Under the pieces are notes generated by a model that saw only the letters and a list, made by a program, of their open reading frames with translations, was not told the DNA's origin and did not search any database. The position numbers and the translations under genes were made by a program. Positions 1 to 9,484 of a stretch of 64,000 nt of DNA are shown piece after piece; position 1 is the first letter of the stretch, and every line of letters starts with the position of its first letter. Source of the stretch: a virus. Taxonomy: Duplodnaviria; Caudoviricetes. The stretch is taken from the IMG/VR virus record IMGVR_UViG_3300026549_000040, positions 1 to 64,000 of that record. One strand, written 5' to 3'.

Positions 1-1
1 A

Positions 2-334
2 TACCATGAGCCGAATGCTATAAAAATTTCAGAAGCACTTGACATGGCAATAGAAGCACTAAAGACACAGTCGAAGTGGATACCATGCAGCGAGAGGTTG
101 CCTGAAAATAGCGGAGATTATCTTGTTTGTCCAAGCGATGGCGTTATTGAAGATTATAGCGATTGTAGAGATGTGATGATAATGCCATATGATGCAGATT
201 GTGAAGCGTTTGGATGGTGGACAGACCGATATGACCCAATATCACTTGGTTTTGTTGATAGCGACTTTAATGAATTTGAAGTACTTGCATGGATGCCACT
301 ACCGAAGCCGTACAGAGAGGATGGTGAAGCATGA
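2..334 (+). CDS. DUF551-like phage protein (5' end probably outside window)
   Basis: WIPCSERLPE...VLAWMPLPKPY signature; frame is open back to base 2. Confidence 0.7.
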   Translation, partial: YHEPNAIKISEALDMAIEALKTQSKWIPCSERLPENSGDYLVCPSDGVIEDYSDCRDVMIMPYDADCEAFGWWTDRYDPISLGFVDSDFNEFEVLAWMPLPKPYREDGEA

Positions 335-372
335 AGATAGATATACCAAAGAGAGCGAGAGGGTGAGGAAGA

Positions 373-717
373 ATGACGGAACGTGAAGTAATGGATGACC
401 TTATCAGAAGACAGGATGCGCTTAAACCATTTTGCATAGCACCGGATGGGACAAGAATACCGGAAGTCGATTGCGATAACTTCCCTGTGGAGTTCAGCGT
501 AGAGTTCATAAAAAAGCATTTGCTGTCGCTCCCATCCGCAGACAGACCGCAAGGGGAATGGATAGATAAAGGATGGCATGGCGATTGGCAATTTGAAACT
601 GATGGAAGAGGTAATTGTTGGAAAGCTTTTGAATGTTCAAATTGTAATACTATAAGCAAAGTACAAACAAACTTCTGTCCTAACTGCGGAGCGAAGATGC
701 TCAGAGAGGATGATTAA
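373..717 (+). CDS. small phage protein with C-terminal Zn ribbon
   Basis: LIRRQDA N-terminus; GEWI...CSNC...FCPNCGAKM. Confidence 0.7.
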   Translation: MTEREVMDDLIRRQDALKPFCIAPDGTRIPEVDCDNFPVEFSVEFIKKHLLSLPSADRPQGEWIDKGWHGDWQFETDGRGNCWKAFECSNCNTISKVQTNFCPNCGAKMLREDD

Positions 718-907
718 AAAAATGAATAGTTACTGCTATGAATGCAAAAAGAAAGCACCAAAAGGAAAGATTAATTTAGATTGTCTTGCCTGTATGCACG
801 CTTATGGCGTACATACACAAGCTGATAACAAGGAGGCATCAGCTATATTGTTAGGGTTTCCAAAAGTGGATTTATTCGAACCGCTGAAAGGAGCAGCCGA
901 TGAGTAA
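710..907 (+). CDS. hypothetical Cys-rich protein
   Basis: CYEC/CLAC motifs; overlaps neighbours. Confidence 0.55.
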   Translation: MIKKMNSYCYECKKKAPKGKINLDCLACMHAYGVHTQADNKEASAILLGFPKVDLFEPLKGAADE

Positions 908-1061
908 GGACTCTTTTAAATACGAATCATGGGTAGAAAAGTGTTTGACTTGCAAACACGCATATCGAACAAAAGCTGACGCTGATGAATTGCGCTGTCG
1001 CTGCCGTAAAGGTTGTAATTATCAACCGCACAAACAGCGTGAAAAAAGCAGAGATGAGTAG
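900..1061 (+). CDS. hypothetical Cys-rich protein (53 aa, not in ORF track)
   Basis: AAGGAG RBS; MSKDSFKYESWVEKCLTCKH...CRCRKGC. Confidence 0.5.
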   Translation: MSKDSFKYESWVEKCLTCKHAYRTKADADELRCRCRKGCNYQPHKQREKSRDE

Positions 1062-1067
1062 CCTTAA

Positions 1068-1265
1068 ATGCCAGGAATGCGAAACGTGAATGAAAGGTGG
1101 TGCAGAGTAATGTGTTGTGACAAGTGTAAATACTATATATGGTATTGGGATAAATGCACAAAATGGGATTGTATAGTAGACGCAAGAGAAGTACATAATT
1201 GTTTTGAGCCAATATCAACGCCAATATATGACTATATGGTTGGGAAAGGCGGTGATACAGAATGA
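1068..1265 (+). CDS. hypothetical Cys-rich protein (start probably 1110)
   Basis: CCDKCKY...C...C; AAAGGTGG RBS before ATG 1110. Confidence 0.55.
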   Translation: MPGMRNVNERWCRVMCCDKCKYYIWYWDKCTKWDCIVDAREVHNCFEPISTPIYDYMVGKGGDTE

Positions 1266-1546
1266 CAAAAGAAATGGAACTGTTCCGCAAGATGCTTGAT
1301 GATAACGACATTGAGTGGCATGACGCATCGGACATGGACGCATACCCTATCACAAGAACGCACTTCAACTACAGAGGGCATGATTGGTCTGTGATACATG
1401 GTTACTGCTCATACGGTGGATATAGTCTCTTTGAGAAAGACAAAGGGTTGTTAGAACTTATGAGCGATGCTGTGAATGGCGGAGATCCGGTAGGGTATCT
1501 CACCGCAAAAGAAGCGTTTGACTATGTGAGAGGTGATACAGAATGA
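1262..1546 (+). CDS. hypothetical protein
   Basis: ORF with ATGA coupling; SYGG...GLLELM motif resembles 40609-40876. Confidence 0.65.
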   Translation: MTKEMELFRKMLDDNDIEWHDASDMDAYPITRTHFNYRGHDWSVIHGYCSYGGYSLFEKDKGLLELMSDAVNGGDPVGYLTAKEAFDYVRGDTE

Positions 1547-1719
1547 CAAGGGAAGAGTTACAAACAGAATGGCTAAAAGCCTACTGCCCAACGTGTGCGA
1601 ATAACGATGATAGGGGTACCGAATACTGTAATTGCCAAGCAGAATACGAAGTAGAAAAAGACATAGGGATAGCCTGTATTCACTATGAGGAATATTACGA
1701 GGAAGGTGATACAGAATGA
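1543..1719 (+). CDS. hypothetical Cys-rich protein (58 aa, not in ORF track)
   Basis: Bounded by junction repeats; YCPTC...CNC...C. Confidence 0.55.
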   Translation: MTREELQTEWLKAYCPTCANNDDRGTEYCNCQAEYEVEKDIGIACIHYEEYYEEGDTE

Positions 1720-1888
1720 CCAACAAATATACAGTCGAAGAAGTAAAAGAAATTCTTGAACTCGCCATTGGTGAAGTTGAGGCACACATACCATCAGATA
1801 TTATAGAGCAAGCACTACTGTATTTAACTGAATACGAAAGGTTGAAAATTGCAGAATCGTATGATATTTATCCAGACGAAATGGGACG

Positions 1889-2206
1889 GTGGTGATGATG
1901 ACAAAAGAAGAAGCAATAAAGTGGATTGATGACCGAATGTGTTGGGGTAGAGGAGCATTCACAGAACACCACCCACCTAATTTTGATGAGTGCTGGGAAG
2001 CGGGACGCATAGCGATAGAAGCACTACAGATTGATTTGGTACGATGCAAAGATTGCAAGCACAGAGAAACTGACGATTGCCCAATGTATTGGACGGAGTG
2101 GGCGATATTCGAGTATTACGATGGTCATGCAGATAATAACGAGATTATTCATGATTACACAACAGACAATGGTTATTGTAATTACGGAGAAAGGGAAGAA
2201 CCATGA
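1889..2206 (+). CDS. hypothetical protein with Zn-binding motif
   Basis: MTKEEAI...AIEAL + VRCKDCKH...YCNYGER. Confidence 0.65.
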   Translation: MVMMTKEEAIKWIDDRMCWGRGAFTEHHPPNFDECWEAGRIAIEALQIDLVRCKDCKHRETDDCPMYWTEWAIFEYYDGHADNNEIIHDYTTDNGYCNYGEREEP

Positions 2207-2535
2207 CAAAGGAAGAGGCAAAGTTATTGTTAATTAGACCGACAGTATCAAGCAATGTAATTTCAGAGACAAAAGCGAGAGAAATCGAAGCATACAACAT
2301 GGCTATAGAAGCTCTGTCAGAACATACAGGAGAGTGGATTCTTGATCCTAATGGAATGGATTGGAATCTTCCCGCATGGAGATGCTCAGAATGTGGGTTT
2401 GTAGCCAATTATATTGGAGTATCAGCTAATGGTCTTGGAAACAATCCTATGCTTTGGGCTGGAAGTAAATTTTGTCCTCAATGTGGAGTGAGAATGACAG
2501 GATATAAAGATGAAATTGATGATATAAAAGGATAA
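2203..2535 (+). CDS. hypothetical protein with Zn ribbon
   Basis: MTKEEA...MAIEAL + GEWI...CSECG...FCPQCG. Confidence 0.65.
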   Translation: MTKEEAKLLLIRPTVSSNVISETKAREIEAYNMAIEALSEHTGEWILDPNGMDWNLPAWRCSECGFVANYIGVSANGLGNNPMLWAGSKFCPQCGVRMTGYKDEIDDIKG

Positions 2536-2542
2536 AAACCGG

Positions 2543-2571
2543 TTTACATCATACAAATAATAATATATAAT
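2543..2571 (+). promoter_or_regulatory. sigmaA-type promoter
   Basis: TTTACA-N17-TATAAT followed by ATAGGAAGGGAGG. Confidence 0.7.
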
Positions 2572-2596
2572 AAAAATAGGAAGGGAGGTAGATAAA

Positions 2597-2866
2597 ATGA
2601 AAACAAGAGAATATAAAGCCTATAAAATGTATAAGGCAAGTAACAACTATTCATTGTATGATGTGTATGGAAGATTTAGTGAAGCTAAAAGTGAAGCATG
2701 GAAGTACTGTAAAGAGTTATGTGAATATAAAAATGGAAATAATCTTAAGATTATTACAGCAAATAATTTTCAATTTACAGCAGGATTTGAATACGAAGAA
2801 ACCGGTAAGTTAATGTTTATGTATATTACAAAAGTATATGATACAGAATGTGAAGTTGATGTTTAA
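2597..2866 (+). CDS. hypothetical protein
   Basis: Strong GGAGG RBS; ORF. Confidence 0.65.
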   Translation: MKTREYKAYKMYKASNNYSLYDVYGRFSEAKSEAWKYCKELCEYKNGNNLKIITANNFQFTAGFEYEETGKLMFMYITKVYDTECEVDV

Positions 2867-2889
2867 ATGAGTAAAAAGGATGATGAAGT

Positions 2890-3075
2890 ATGAAAGTGTA
2901 CGATAGATTCACCGACGAGTACATTGACGAAAAAAAGAAAGATCCAACTGCACCACATGATAGATATATAAAGTTAAGTGAAGAACTGATTCTACAAAAC
3001 GCAGCAAGGTGGTTTTGTCAAGCATTTGTTGATAGTGCAGAAAAAGAACTTGATAGGGAGGATGATGAAATATGA
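2890..3075 (+). CDS. hypothetical protein
   Basis: AAGGA RBS; coupled to next gene. Confidence 0.55.
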   Translation: MKVYDRFTDEYIDEKKKDPTAPHDRYIKLSEELILQNAARWFCQAFVDSAEKELDREDDEI

Positions 3076-3608
3076 GATTATTTGATATGGACAGTGAAGA
3101 AGATTATTTACTTGATGGAAAATACAAAGTAGCTACTCCTTGTGCCCCAGGTGTTAATGTTACTGAGATAGTTAAGTGTGAAAATTGTAAAAATAATCAA
3201 GGATGGGATAGCTTCTATGGGGGTTATTGGTGTGGTCAACATTTAGAATATATAACAGATGCTACCTATTATTGTGGCGCTGGTATACCTAAAGAAGAGG
3301 AGGAAAGTATGGAAGAAGAAAATATGAGAATAGGTGATATCGTATTTGTTCATGGTATTATTGATGAAATTCGTAACGATTGTATAATCATTAAAAATAC
3401 TGGTGGTTATTTTGGAACATCTAAGGATGAGATTGTACATTATTCACAACTTATGAAAAATGATATTATAAAGTGTAAAGAATGTGAATTCTTTAAAGAT
3501 GACTATATTTGTACTGCTGATGGATGGGATTTATCAGCTACTCATTATCCGAAAGTTGATGCTGATGGTTTTTGTCATAGAGCAAAACATAAGGAAGGAG
3601 TAAAATAA
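3072..3608 (+). CDS. hypothetical protein with two Cys clusters
   Basis: IVKCENCK...YCG and IIKCKECE...FCH. Confidence 0.6.
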   Translation: MRLFDMDSEEDYLLDGKYKVATPCAPGVNVTEIVKCENCKNNQGWDSFYGGYWCGQHLEYITDATYYCGAGIPKEEEESMEEENMRIGDIVFVHGIIDEIRNDCIIIKNTGGYFGTSKDEIVHYSQLMKNDIIKCKECEFFKDDYICTADGWDLSATHYPKVDADGFCHRAKHKEGVK

Positions 3609-3609
3609 T

Positions 3610-3804
3610 ATGGATGATAAGTATGTTGTTCAAGAAAAATGTACTAGACAAGATTGTTATTGGTACCATGAATATCAAGATATGAGTGCTAGAGTTCCAA
3701 CTTGTGAATATTATGGAGAATACGGACATTGTGATTGCACTGCTGATTGTAAACATTATGTAAGTAAACAAAAAGTAAATGATATTGTACGTAGTATATA
3801 CTAA
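3610..3804 (+). CDS. hypothetical Cys-rich protein
   Basis: AAGGAG RBS; six Cys. Confidence 0.55.
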   Translation: MDDKYVVQEKCTRQDCYWYHEYQDMSARVPTCEYYGEYGHCDCTADCKHYVSKQKVNDIVRSIY

Positions 3805-3822
3805 AAAGTATAGGAGCTTAAT

Positions 3823-4329
3823 ATGGACAAAGATATGATATTTAAAACGGCTGCACGTAAATCTTTTGAAGGACTAGCTTCATATAATTCTGGGTATGAA
3901 GTAGGAGTGAATGATACTTTAAAGTGTCTTAATATACTATATAATGATGTGTATGAAGAATTAGATCCTGGTTGGAAAAAGGCTTTTGGTAAAGAATTAA
4001 TCTTTGATCTATTAGAATCTTTACATAATGATGATTGTATAGGCTCTTTCACAGTATCTCAAGTGAAAGAAAAATTTGGGGAGTTAAGACTATATTTTGA
4101 AAATTATGGAGAAGATACGACTAATGTAATTGAAAAATATACTGAACTATCTAAATATATATGTGGTAATTGTGGTAAGCCTGCTAAATATATCACTTCT
4201 GGTTGGGTATATCCTTTATGTGAAGATTGCATACAAAAGATAAATGATACCAACTGTAAAGCAATTGAGGAAGCTTATGATATTTCTGATGTTATATCTA
4301 CTATAGATAAGATTAAAAATAATTATTAG
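3823..4329 (+). CDS. conserved phage protein (QVKEKFGELR motif + Zn ribbon)
   Basis: QVKEKFGELRLY...ICGNCGKP...GW..PLCEDC. Confidence 0.7.
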   Translation: MDKDMIFKTAARKSFEGLASYNSGYEVGVNDTLKCLNILYNDVYEELDPGWKKAFGKELIFDLLESLHNDDCIGSFTVSQVKEKFGELRLYFENYGEDTTNVIEKYTELSKYICGNCGKPAKYITSGWVYPLCEDCIQKINDTNCKAIEEAYDISDVISTIDKIKNNY

Positions 4330-4351
4330 TATTAAAATAGGAGGGTATATT

Positions 4352-4642
4352 ATGTCTAGAACAAGAGCAGAAAGAAGACACAATGATTTTAAGAAAGCTA
4401 TTAGAAAAAGAAAATTAGCTAAAGAAGTTTATTGGACTGATCCTATGAATTCTGAAAAATGGGAGTGGTATGATAATCTCCATCAGTATTCTAAGAATAA
4501 GATACATTGTTCTTGTTCTTTATGTTCATCTAAAACTAAAAACAAGGGACATAGAAGAAAAAATCATGGCAATTACTTTCCTTCTTATAATCCACCTATT
4601 AGAGATGTAAAAAGAATTGAATACATGAACTATATGGAGTAG
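4352..4642 (+). CDS. basic hypothetical protein with HCSCxxC motif
   Basis: RTRAERRH...KIHCSCSLCS; GGAGG RBS. Confidence 0.65.
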   Translation: MSRTRAERRHNDFKKAIRKRKLAKEVYWTDPMNSEKWEWYDNLHQYSKNKIHCSCSLCSSKTKNKGHRRKNHGNYFPSYNPPIRDVKRIEYMNYME

Positions 4643-4740
4643 TAACATTTTTGTTAATACCCTATTAACATTATTGTATATAGGGTATTAACATTTTTGT
4701 TAAAGATAATAATATATTATAATAATACATATTAATAGTA
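4643..4740. repeat. putative replication origin: three palindromic iterons (~23-bp period) plus AT-rich tract
   Basis: TAACATTTTTGTTAA / TTAACATTATTGTATA / TTAACATTTTTGTTAA separated by TACCCTA/TAGGGTA, directly upstream of the initiator gene. Confidence 0.7.
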
Positions 4741-4753
4741 TATATATAGTGTA

Positions 4754-4782
4754 TTTACAAATCTATAAATCACATATACAAT
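4754..4782 (+). promoter_or_regulatory. sigmaA-type promoter of replication operon
   Basis: TTTACA-N17-TACAAT. Confidence 0.6.
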
Positions 4783-4811
4783 ATATAAGAATAACTCAAG
4801 GAGGTTTTTAG

Positions 4812-5543
4812 ATGGACATTAAAAAAAGTTATTATGCTGTCGTCCCCGCTAGTGTCAGGTACGATAGTAATTTATGTGCGAACTCAAAATTATTATATGG
4901 AGAGATAACTGCTTTATGTAATGAAAAAGGTTATTGTTGGGCTTCAAATCAATATTTTGCAGATTTATATGATGTTTCAAAGATAACAATTTCTAGATGG
5001 ATTTCTTCTTTGGAAAAATATGGTTATATAAAAGTAGAACTTATTTATAAGTCAAACACTAAAGAAATAGAGTCTAGAAAAATTTGGATTGTAGATAGTA
5101 ATACTAATAGTAATTTATCTAATAGATCAGTCAATGAAAATGTAGATAAACCTGATACTAATAATGGTAAGCAGAGTACAGAAAAATATAAAGATGAAAT
5201 CAAAGAAATAATTGATTATTTAAATACTAGAGCTAATTGTAGATATAGGTATAATACAGAAAGTACTAATAAACTAATTAGAGCAAAACTGAATAATGGA
5301 TTTACTGTTGATGACTTTAAAGTGGTAATTGATACAAAAGTTAATGAATGGGTAGGTACTGAGTTTGAAAAGTATTTAAGACCTTATACATTATTCGGTA
5401 ATAAGTTTGAACAATATTTGAATCAGAAACATCCATCAAGATCTTTCGATCCTAAACATCCCACTAGACAAACTCCAGTTACAGAAGAACGTAATAATGG
5501 TGAGTTTTTCACAGACGATAATGGAAATATGATTACATATTAA
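4812..5543 (+). CDS. phage replication initiator (N-terminal HTH + conserved phage C-terminal domain)
   Basis: YYAVVPASVRYD..L...KLLYGEITAL...GYCWASN.YFA; C-terminal IIDYLN...YLRPYTLFGNKFEQYLN. Confidence 0.85.
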   Translation: MDIKKSYYAVVPASVRYDSNLCANSKLLYGEITALCNEKGYCWASNQYFADLYDVSKITISRWISSLEKYGYIKVELIYKSNTKEIESRKIWIVDSNTNSNLSNRSVNENVDKPDTNNGKQSTEKYKDEIKEIIDYLNTRANCRYRYNTESTNKLIRAKLNNGFTVDDFKVVIDTKVNEWVGTEFEKYLRPYTLFGNKFEQYLNQKHPSRSFDPKHPTRQTPVTEERNNGEFFTDDNGNMITY

Positions 5544-5551
5544 GTGGTATA

Positions 5552-6262
5552 GTGTATAATATAGATATGGAATATATAAAGAAGAATTGTTATTTATCAG
5601 ATAACTGTAAGTTAAAAGAGTGTAATTATGTAAATGAAAATGATATGTGTATTAGATTTTTTAAGATAGATTTTCTATTGAACAAATCATTGTTATCTGA
5701 TAATCATAAAAAAGGAATACGATTAATATTAGACCAAGATGGTACAGACAAGTTAGAGTATGAGCAATTAAGTAAGATACAGGATAAAATAAGACCCTGG
5801 GTAAGACGAGGTAATAATTTATATTTGTGTTCTAATATACCTGGAAATGGTAAAACAAGTTGGGCTATAAAGTTATTAAAAGCATATATACTCAGTATAT
5901 GGCCTGAGTCTGAACTATCATGCAAAGCTTTATTCGTTAACGTACCTAAGTTCTTGATAGAATTAAAATCTAATATTACGAAAAAAAGTGAATATATTGA
6001 TTATATAAATGAAAATGTATTAAATGCTGATATAGTTGTATGGGACGATATAGCAACTAAATTAGTAACTGAGTTTGAACATGAACATCTATTAAGTTTA
6101 ATTGATAATAGGATGTTTAACAATAAGTCTAATATATTCACAAGTAATATAACACCTCATAATTTATCTGCAGTAATAGGTGATAGACTAGCAAGTAGAA
6201 TTAATTCAACCACTATTATTGAATTTAAGGGTAAAGATAAGAGAGGAGTTGATATATATTGA
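5552..6262 (+). CDS. dnaC: DnaC/IstB-like helicase loader ATPase
   Basis: Walker A PGNGKT; Walker B VVWDD; IFTSN, DRLASR, GKDKR. Confidence 0.85.
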   Translation: MYNIDMEYIKKNCYLSDNCKLKECNYVNENDMCIRFFKIDFLLNKSLLSDNHKKGIRLILDQDGTDKLEYEQLSKIQDKIRPWVRRGNNLYLCSNIPGNGKTSWAIKLLKAYILSIWPESELSCKALFVNVPKFLIELKSNITKKSEYIDYINENVLNADIVVWDDIATKLVTEFEHEHLLSLIDNRMFNNKSNIFTSNITPHNLSAVIGDRLASRINSTTIIEFKGKDKRGVDIY

Positions 6263-7527
6263 TTCAGCTGCAAGTTCTTAATTATATACTCAAAACTAAA
6301 GATAGTTCTCTTTTGTTAGTTAATAACATCAATAAAGAGTTCTTCTCAGATTATACTAATGAGTATGAGTATATTATTAATCATTTAAAAACTTATGGCA
6401 ATATACCTGATGAAACATCATTTTTATCTAAGTTTCCAAATTTTGATTTAATTGAAGTTAATGAGTCTCCATCATATCTTATTGATAAACTATATGAAGA
6501 TAAGAATACAAGGTCTTTGGCTTCTATATTCAATGAGATTAAAGATAATCTTATGTCTAATAACTTAGACAAAGCCATGGATATCTATTTGAATTCAACT
6601 GAAACTATGTTGAAAGCAAGGCATATAGATTCAGTCGATATATTAAGAAATACAGATAGATATGAAGCTTATTTAGAGCGATGTGATAACTTTGATAAAT
6701 ATTATGTACGAACAGGATTTAAGGAATTAGATGACATCATAGGTGGTTGGGATAGAGAAGAAGAATTAGCAACTATAGTTGCTAGATCTAATCAAGGAAA
6801 ATCTTGGGTATTATTTAAATGTGCAGTAGCAGCAGTAGAACAGGGATTAAGAGTTGGTTTATACTCAGGTGAGATGAGTGAAAGAAAAGTTGGGTATAGA
6901 GTAGATACTTTAATTTCAAATATTTCTAACAGTGCAATTATTAAAGGTGACAGAAGTGTACAGAACGTATATAAGAAGTATTTAGATGATCTGCCAAATA
7001 GATATACAGGATGCTTAAAGGTTTTAACTCCTAATATGATAGATGGACCAGCAGGTGTAAATTCTCTTAGAGCTTTTATCGAGAGAGATAATTTAGATAT
7101 ATTATTTATAGATCAACATTCATTACTTGAAGATGATAGACATGCTAGAGCACCTTTTGAAAAAGCTGCAAATATATCAAAAGATCTTAAGAATTTACAG
7201 ATGCTAAAAAAGATTCCAATAGTATCTGTATCTCAGCAGAATAGAAATTCAACAGAAAATGGTGTTGGGTTAGAGCATGTAGCTCAGTCAGATAGAATTG
7301 CACAAGATAGTACTATTGTTTTATTCTTTGAACAAAAGGACGGAATAATGACTATGCACCTTGTTAAGTCTAGGGATTCAGTTAATATGAAAGATTTGAA
7401 ATATAATATAAATCTTAATACTGGTACATTTATTTATATTCCAGAGGATGATAATGCAGTTAATGGGGAAGGTGTAGAAGATTTAAGAAAAACTTTTGAA
7501 GAAGAATTAGAGGAAGATGTATTTTAA
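6259..7527 (+). CDS. dnaB: DnaB-like replicative helicase
   Basis: TGFKELDDIIGG, ARSNQGKS, SGEM, FIDQ, VSQQNR, SDRIAQDS, KSR. Confidence 0.9.
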   Translation: MIQLQVLNYILKTKDSSLLLVNNINKEFFSDYTNEYEYIINHLKTYGNIPDETSFLSKFPNFDLIEVNESPSYLIDKLYEDKNTRSLASIFNEIKDNLMSNNLDKAMDIYLNSTETMLKARHIDSVDILRNTDRYEAYLERCDNFDKYYVRTGFKELDDIIGGWDREEELATIVARSNQGKSWVLFKCAVAAVEQGLRVGLYSGEMSERKVGYRVDTLISNISNSAIIKGDRSVQNVYKKYLDDLPNRYTGCLKVLTPNMIDGPAGVNSLRAFIERDNLDILFIDQHSLLEDDRHARAPFEKAANISKDLKNLQMLKKIPIVSVSQQNRNSTENGVGLEHVAQSDRIAQDSTIVLFFEQKDGIMTMHLVKSRDSVNMKDLKYNINLNTGTFIYIPEDDNAVNGEGVEDLRKTFEEELEEDVF

Positions 7528-7547
7528 GAAAGGGTATTAAATGTAAG

Positions 7548-8042
7548 ATGGAATTATTGCAAGATGGAATTGAAGAAAAAGTAGTATATTTTGAATTAAA
7601 TAATTGGTTTGCTGGTAGAGATTATCCTATTGGCGAACCATTTGAATCTTGGTTACGAAATGATTTAAACCAGATCTTATGCAATGAAGAATGGGTAAAA
7701 GAAAATAAACTTGTTGTTGTATGTGGTAATTTAGATATGTCTATGAATTATTGTATTTCAGCACCAAGAGAATGGGTAGAAGAAAATTGTCCAGATTTAT
7801 TAACAGATAAGTCATATGAATATAAAATTATACAATATCATGCAGGAGAAGAAAAGACCATTGTACATACAGGATTTTATAAGGATTTTTTAAGATTTCC
7901 ATTAAGCTATTCAGAAGAATATGAAGATTTACCAGAGGGTAGAGGTGGTATGAATTTCTTAGAATACAATGAAGATAATATAGGAGTTCATTGGTTAGTT
8001 GATTATCCTGTATATGATGACGATGATGAAGATGAGGATTAA
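7548..8042 (+). CDS. hypothetical protein
   Basis: 164-aa ORF, acidic C-terminus. Confidence 0.7.
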   Translation: MELLQDGIEEKVVYFELNNWFAGRDYPIGEPFESWLRNDLNQILCNEEWVKENKLVVVCGNLDMSMNYCISAPREWVEENCPDLLTDKSYEYKIIQYHAGEEKTIVHTGFYKDFLRFPLSYSEEYEDLPEGRGGMNFLEYNEDNIGVHWLVDYPVYDDDDEDED

Positions 8043-8057
8043 AAGGGTTATTAACTT

Positions 8058-8269
8058 ATGGAAAGATATACATTAATATTAAAACATACTTGGGTTGATG
8101 CTGAAGAATGTACTGAAAAAATATTGAAGAACCTTATATAATTAGATTTAACATATCAACTTTAGAAGATGATATTATGTATTCAAAGAAAAATATTGTT
8201 GTAAACTTACGTGATAAAATGGTTGAGGTTATTACTAACGGAGGTACAGAACATGATACAGATAAATGA
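8058..8269 (+). pseudogene. small ORF broken by a frameshift in an A6 run (8116-8121)
   Basis: One extra A gives a continuous MERYTLIL...EKNIEEPYIIRF...DTDK* ORF coupled to the next gene. Confidence 0.4.
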
Positions 8270-8435
8270 TAGTGAAGAAACGTCGTTAAAAGATTTTATT
8301 GAATTTCATTTTTTAGATTCTATAAGAAATGATAGTGAAGTTGATTCACTATTGTATGTATATAACATTCTAAATATTTATAAGAAACTTGGAGGGTTTG
8401 AACAGTTTTCAGATTATGAACCTGATAATAAATAA
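8253..8435 (+). CDS. hypothetical protein
   Basis: GGAGG RBS before ATG 8253. Confidence 0.55.
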   Translation: MIQINDSEETSLKDFIEFHFLDSIRNDSEVDSLLYVYNILNIYKKLGGFEQFSDYEPDNK

Positions 8436-9372
8436 TCATATCATAGATTCAAATTTAAAAACTATATTAGAAGCAGTAAGAGACTCATCTAATAACCTAT
8501 ATCTTCATGATATTAGACAAACTGGAGATAATATTGCAATAACTTGTCCTTTTCATAAAGATGGCAATGAAAAACATCCTTCTTGTTTTGTATACAATAG
8601 GACTGATAGTGATGAAGTTCCATTTGGATTTTTTAAATGCTTTACATGCTATGAACAAGGTCAATTATATGTTCTTGTAAGTAAATGTTTTGGTTGTACT
8701 ATTGAAGAAGCAAAGCAATGGTTAGTCGATAATTTTTCTGAGACTTTTAGTATAGAGTCATTAGATCTAACTGATATACAATTAGATAAAAAAGATGATA
8801 CTAAATATATTGATGAAAGTATCTTAGATAAGTATAAATATATTCATCCGTATCTTCTTAAAAGAAATATATCCCCGGAAGTAATTAAGAAGTTTATGGT
8901 TGGATGGAATGAAGATACAGACTCAATTACATTTCCTGTTTGGGATGAACATGATAATCTAGTAGGAATTACAGAAAGAAGTGTAAAGTCTAAAAACTTC
9001 TATATTCCTGAAGGTATAGATTTACCTATATATCTTCTTAACTATGTAATAAAGCAGAATATAAATGAAGTATATGTAGTTGAATCTCAAATAGATGCAT
9101 TAACTTTATGGGGATTTGGATATCCATCTATAGCATTATTTGGTACAGGGGGTAAAAAATCTTATAATAGATTAAAAAAGTCTGGTATAAGAATATATCA
9201 TTTATGTTTAGATGGGGATTTAGCAGGTAGACATGGTATATTAAGGTTTATTAAGAATATGCCAGATGATGTTGTTATAGATATTATTCAATTGCCACAG
9301 GGCAAAGATGTTAATGATTTATCTAAAGCAGAGTTCGATAACTTAGAACATTTTGATAAGTATACTTTTTAA
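8416..9372 (+). CDS. dnaG: DNA primase (CHC2 zinc finger + TOPRIM)
   Basis: CPFH...CFTC; VVESQIDAL; LDGDLAG; GKDVND. Confidence 0.9.
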   Translation: MNLIINNHIIDSNLKTILEAVRDSSNNLYLHDIRQTGDNIAITCPFHKDGNEKHPSCFVYNRTDSDEVPFGFFKCFTCYEQGQLYVLVSKCFGCTIEEAKQWLVDNFSETFSIESLDLTDIQLDKKDDTKYIDESILDKYKYIHPYLLKRNISPEVIKKFMVGWNEDTDSITFPVWDEHDNLVGITERSVKSKNFYIPEGIDLPIYLLNYVIKQNINEVYVVESQIDALTLWGFGYPSIALFGTGGKKSYNRLKKSGIRIYHLCLDGDLAGRHGILRFIKNMPDDVVIDIIQLPQGKDVNDLSKAEFDNLEHFDKYTF

Positions 9373-9392
9373 AAATAAATTTAAAATAAGTA

Positions 9393-9421
9393 TTTACAAA
9401 TGTCTTAAGATGTATTATAAT
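9393..9421 (+). promoter_or_regulatory. sigmaA-type promoter
   Basis: TTTACA-N17-TATAAT. Confidence 0.75.
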
Positions 9422-9484
9422 TACAACGTAATAAGTTAAAGCCTAAATGTAAAAAGAAAGATTTAATCAAAAGGAGAAAAAATT

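Larger units (their letters stand above)
1251..1720 (+). repeat. three copies of 16-bp GGTGATACAGAATGAC at gene junctions (1251, 1532, 1705)
   Basis: Identical 16-mers, each spanning the RBS and the ATGA stop/start overlap. Confidence 0.85.
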
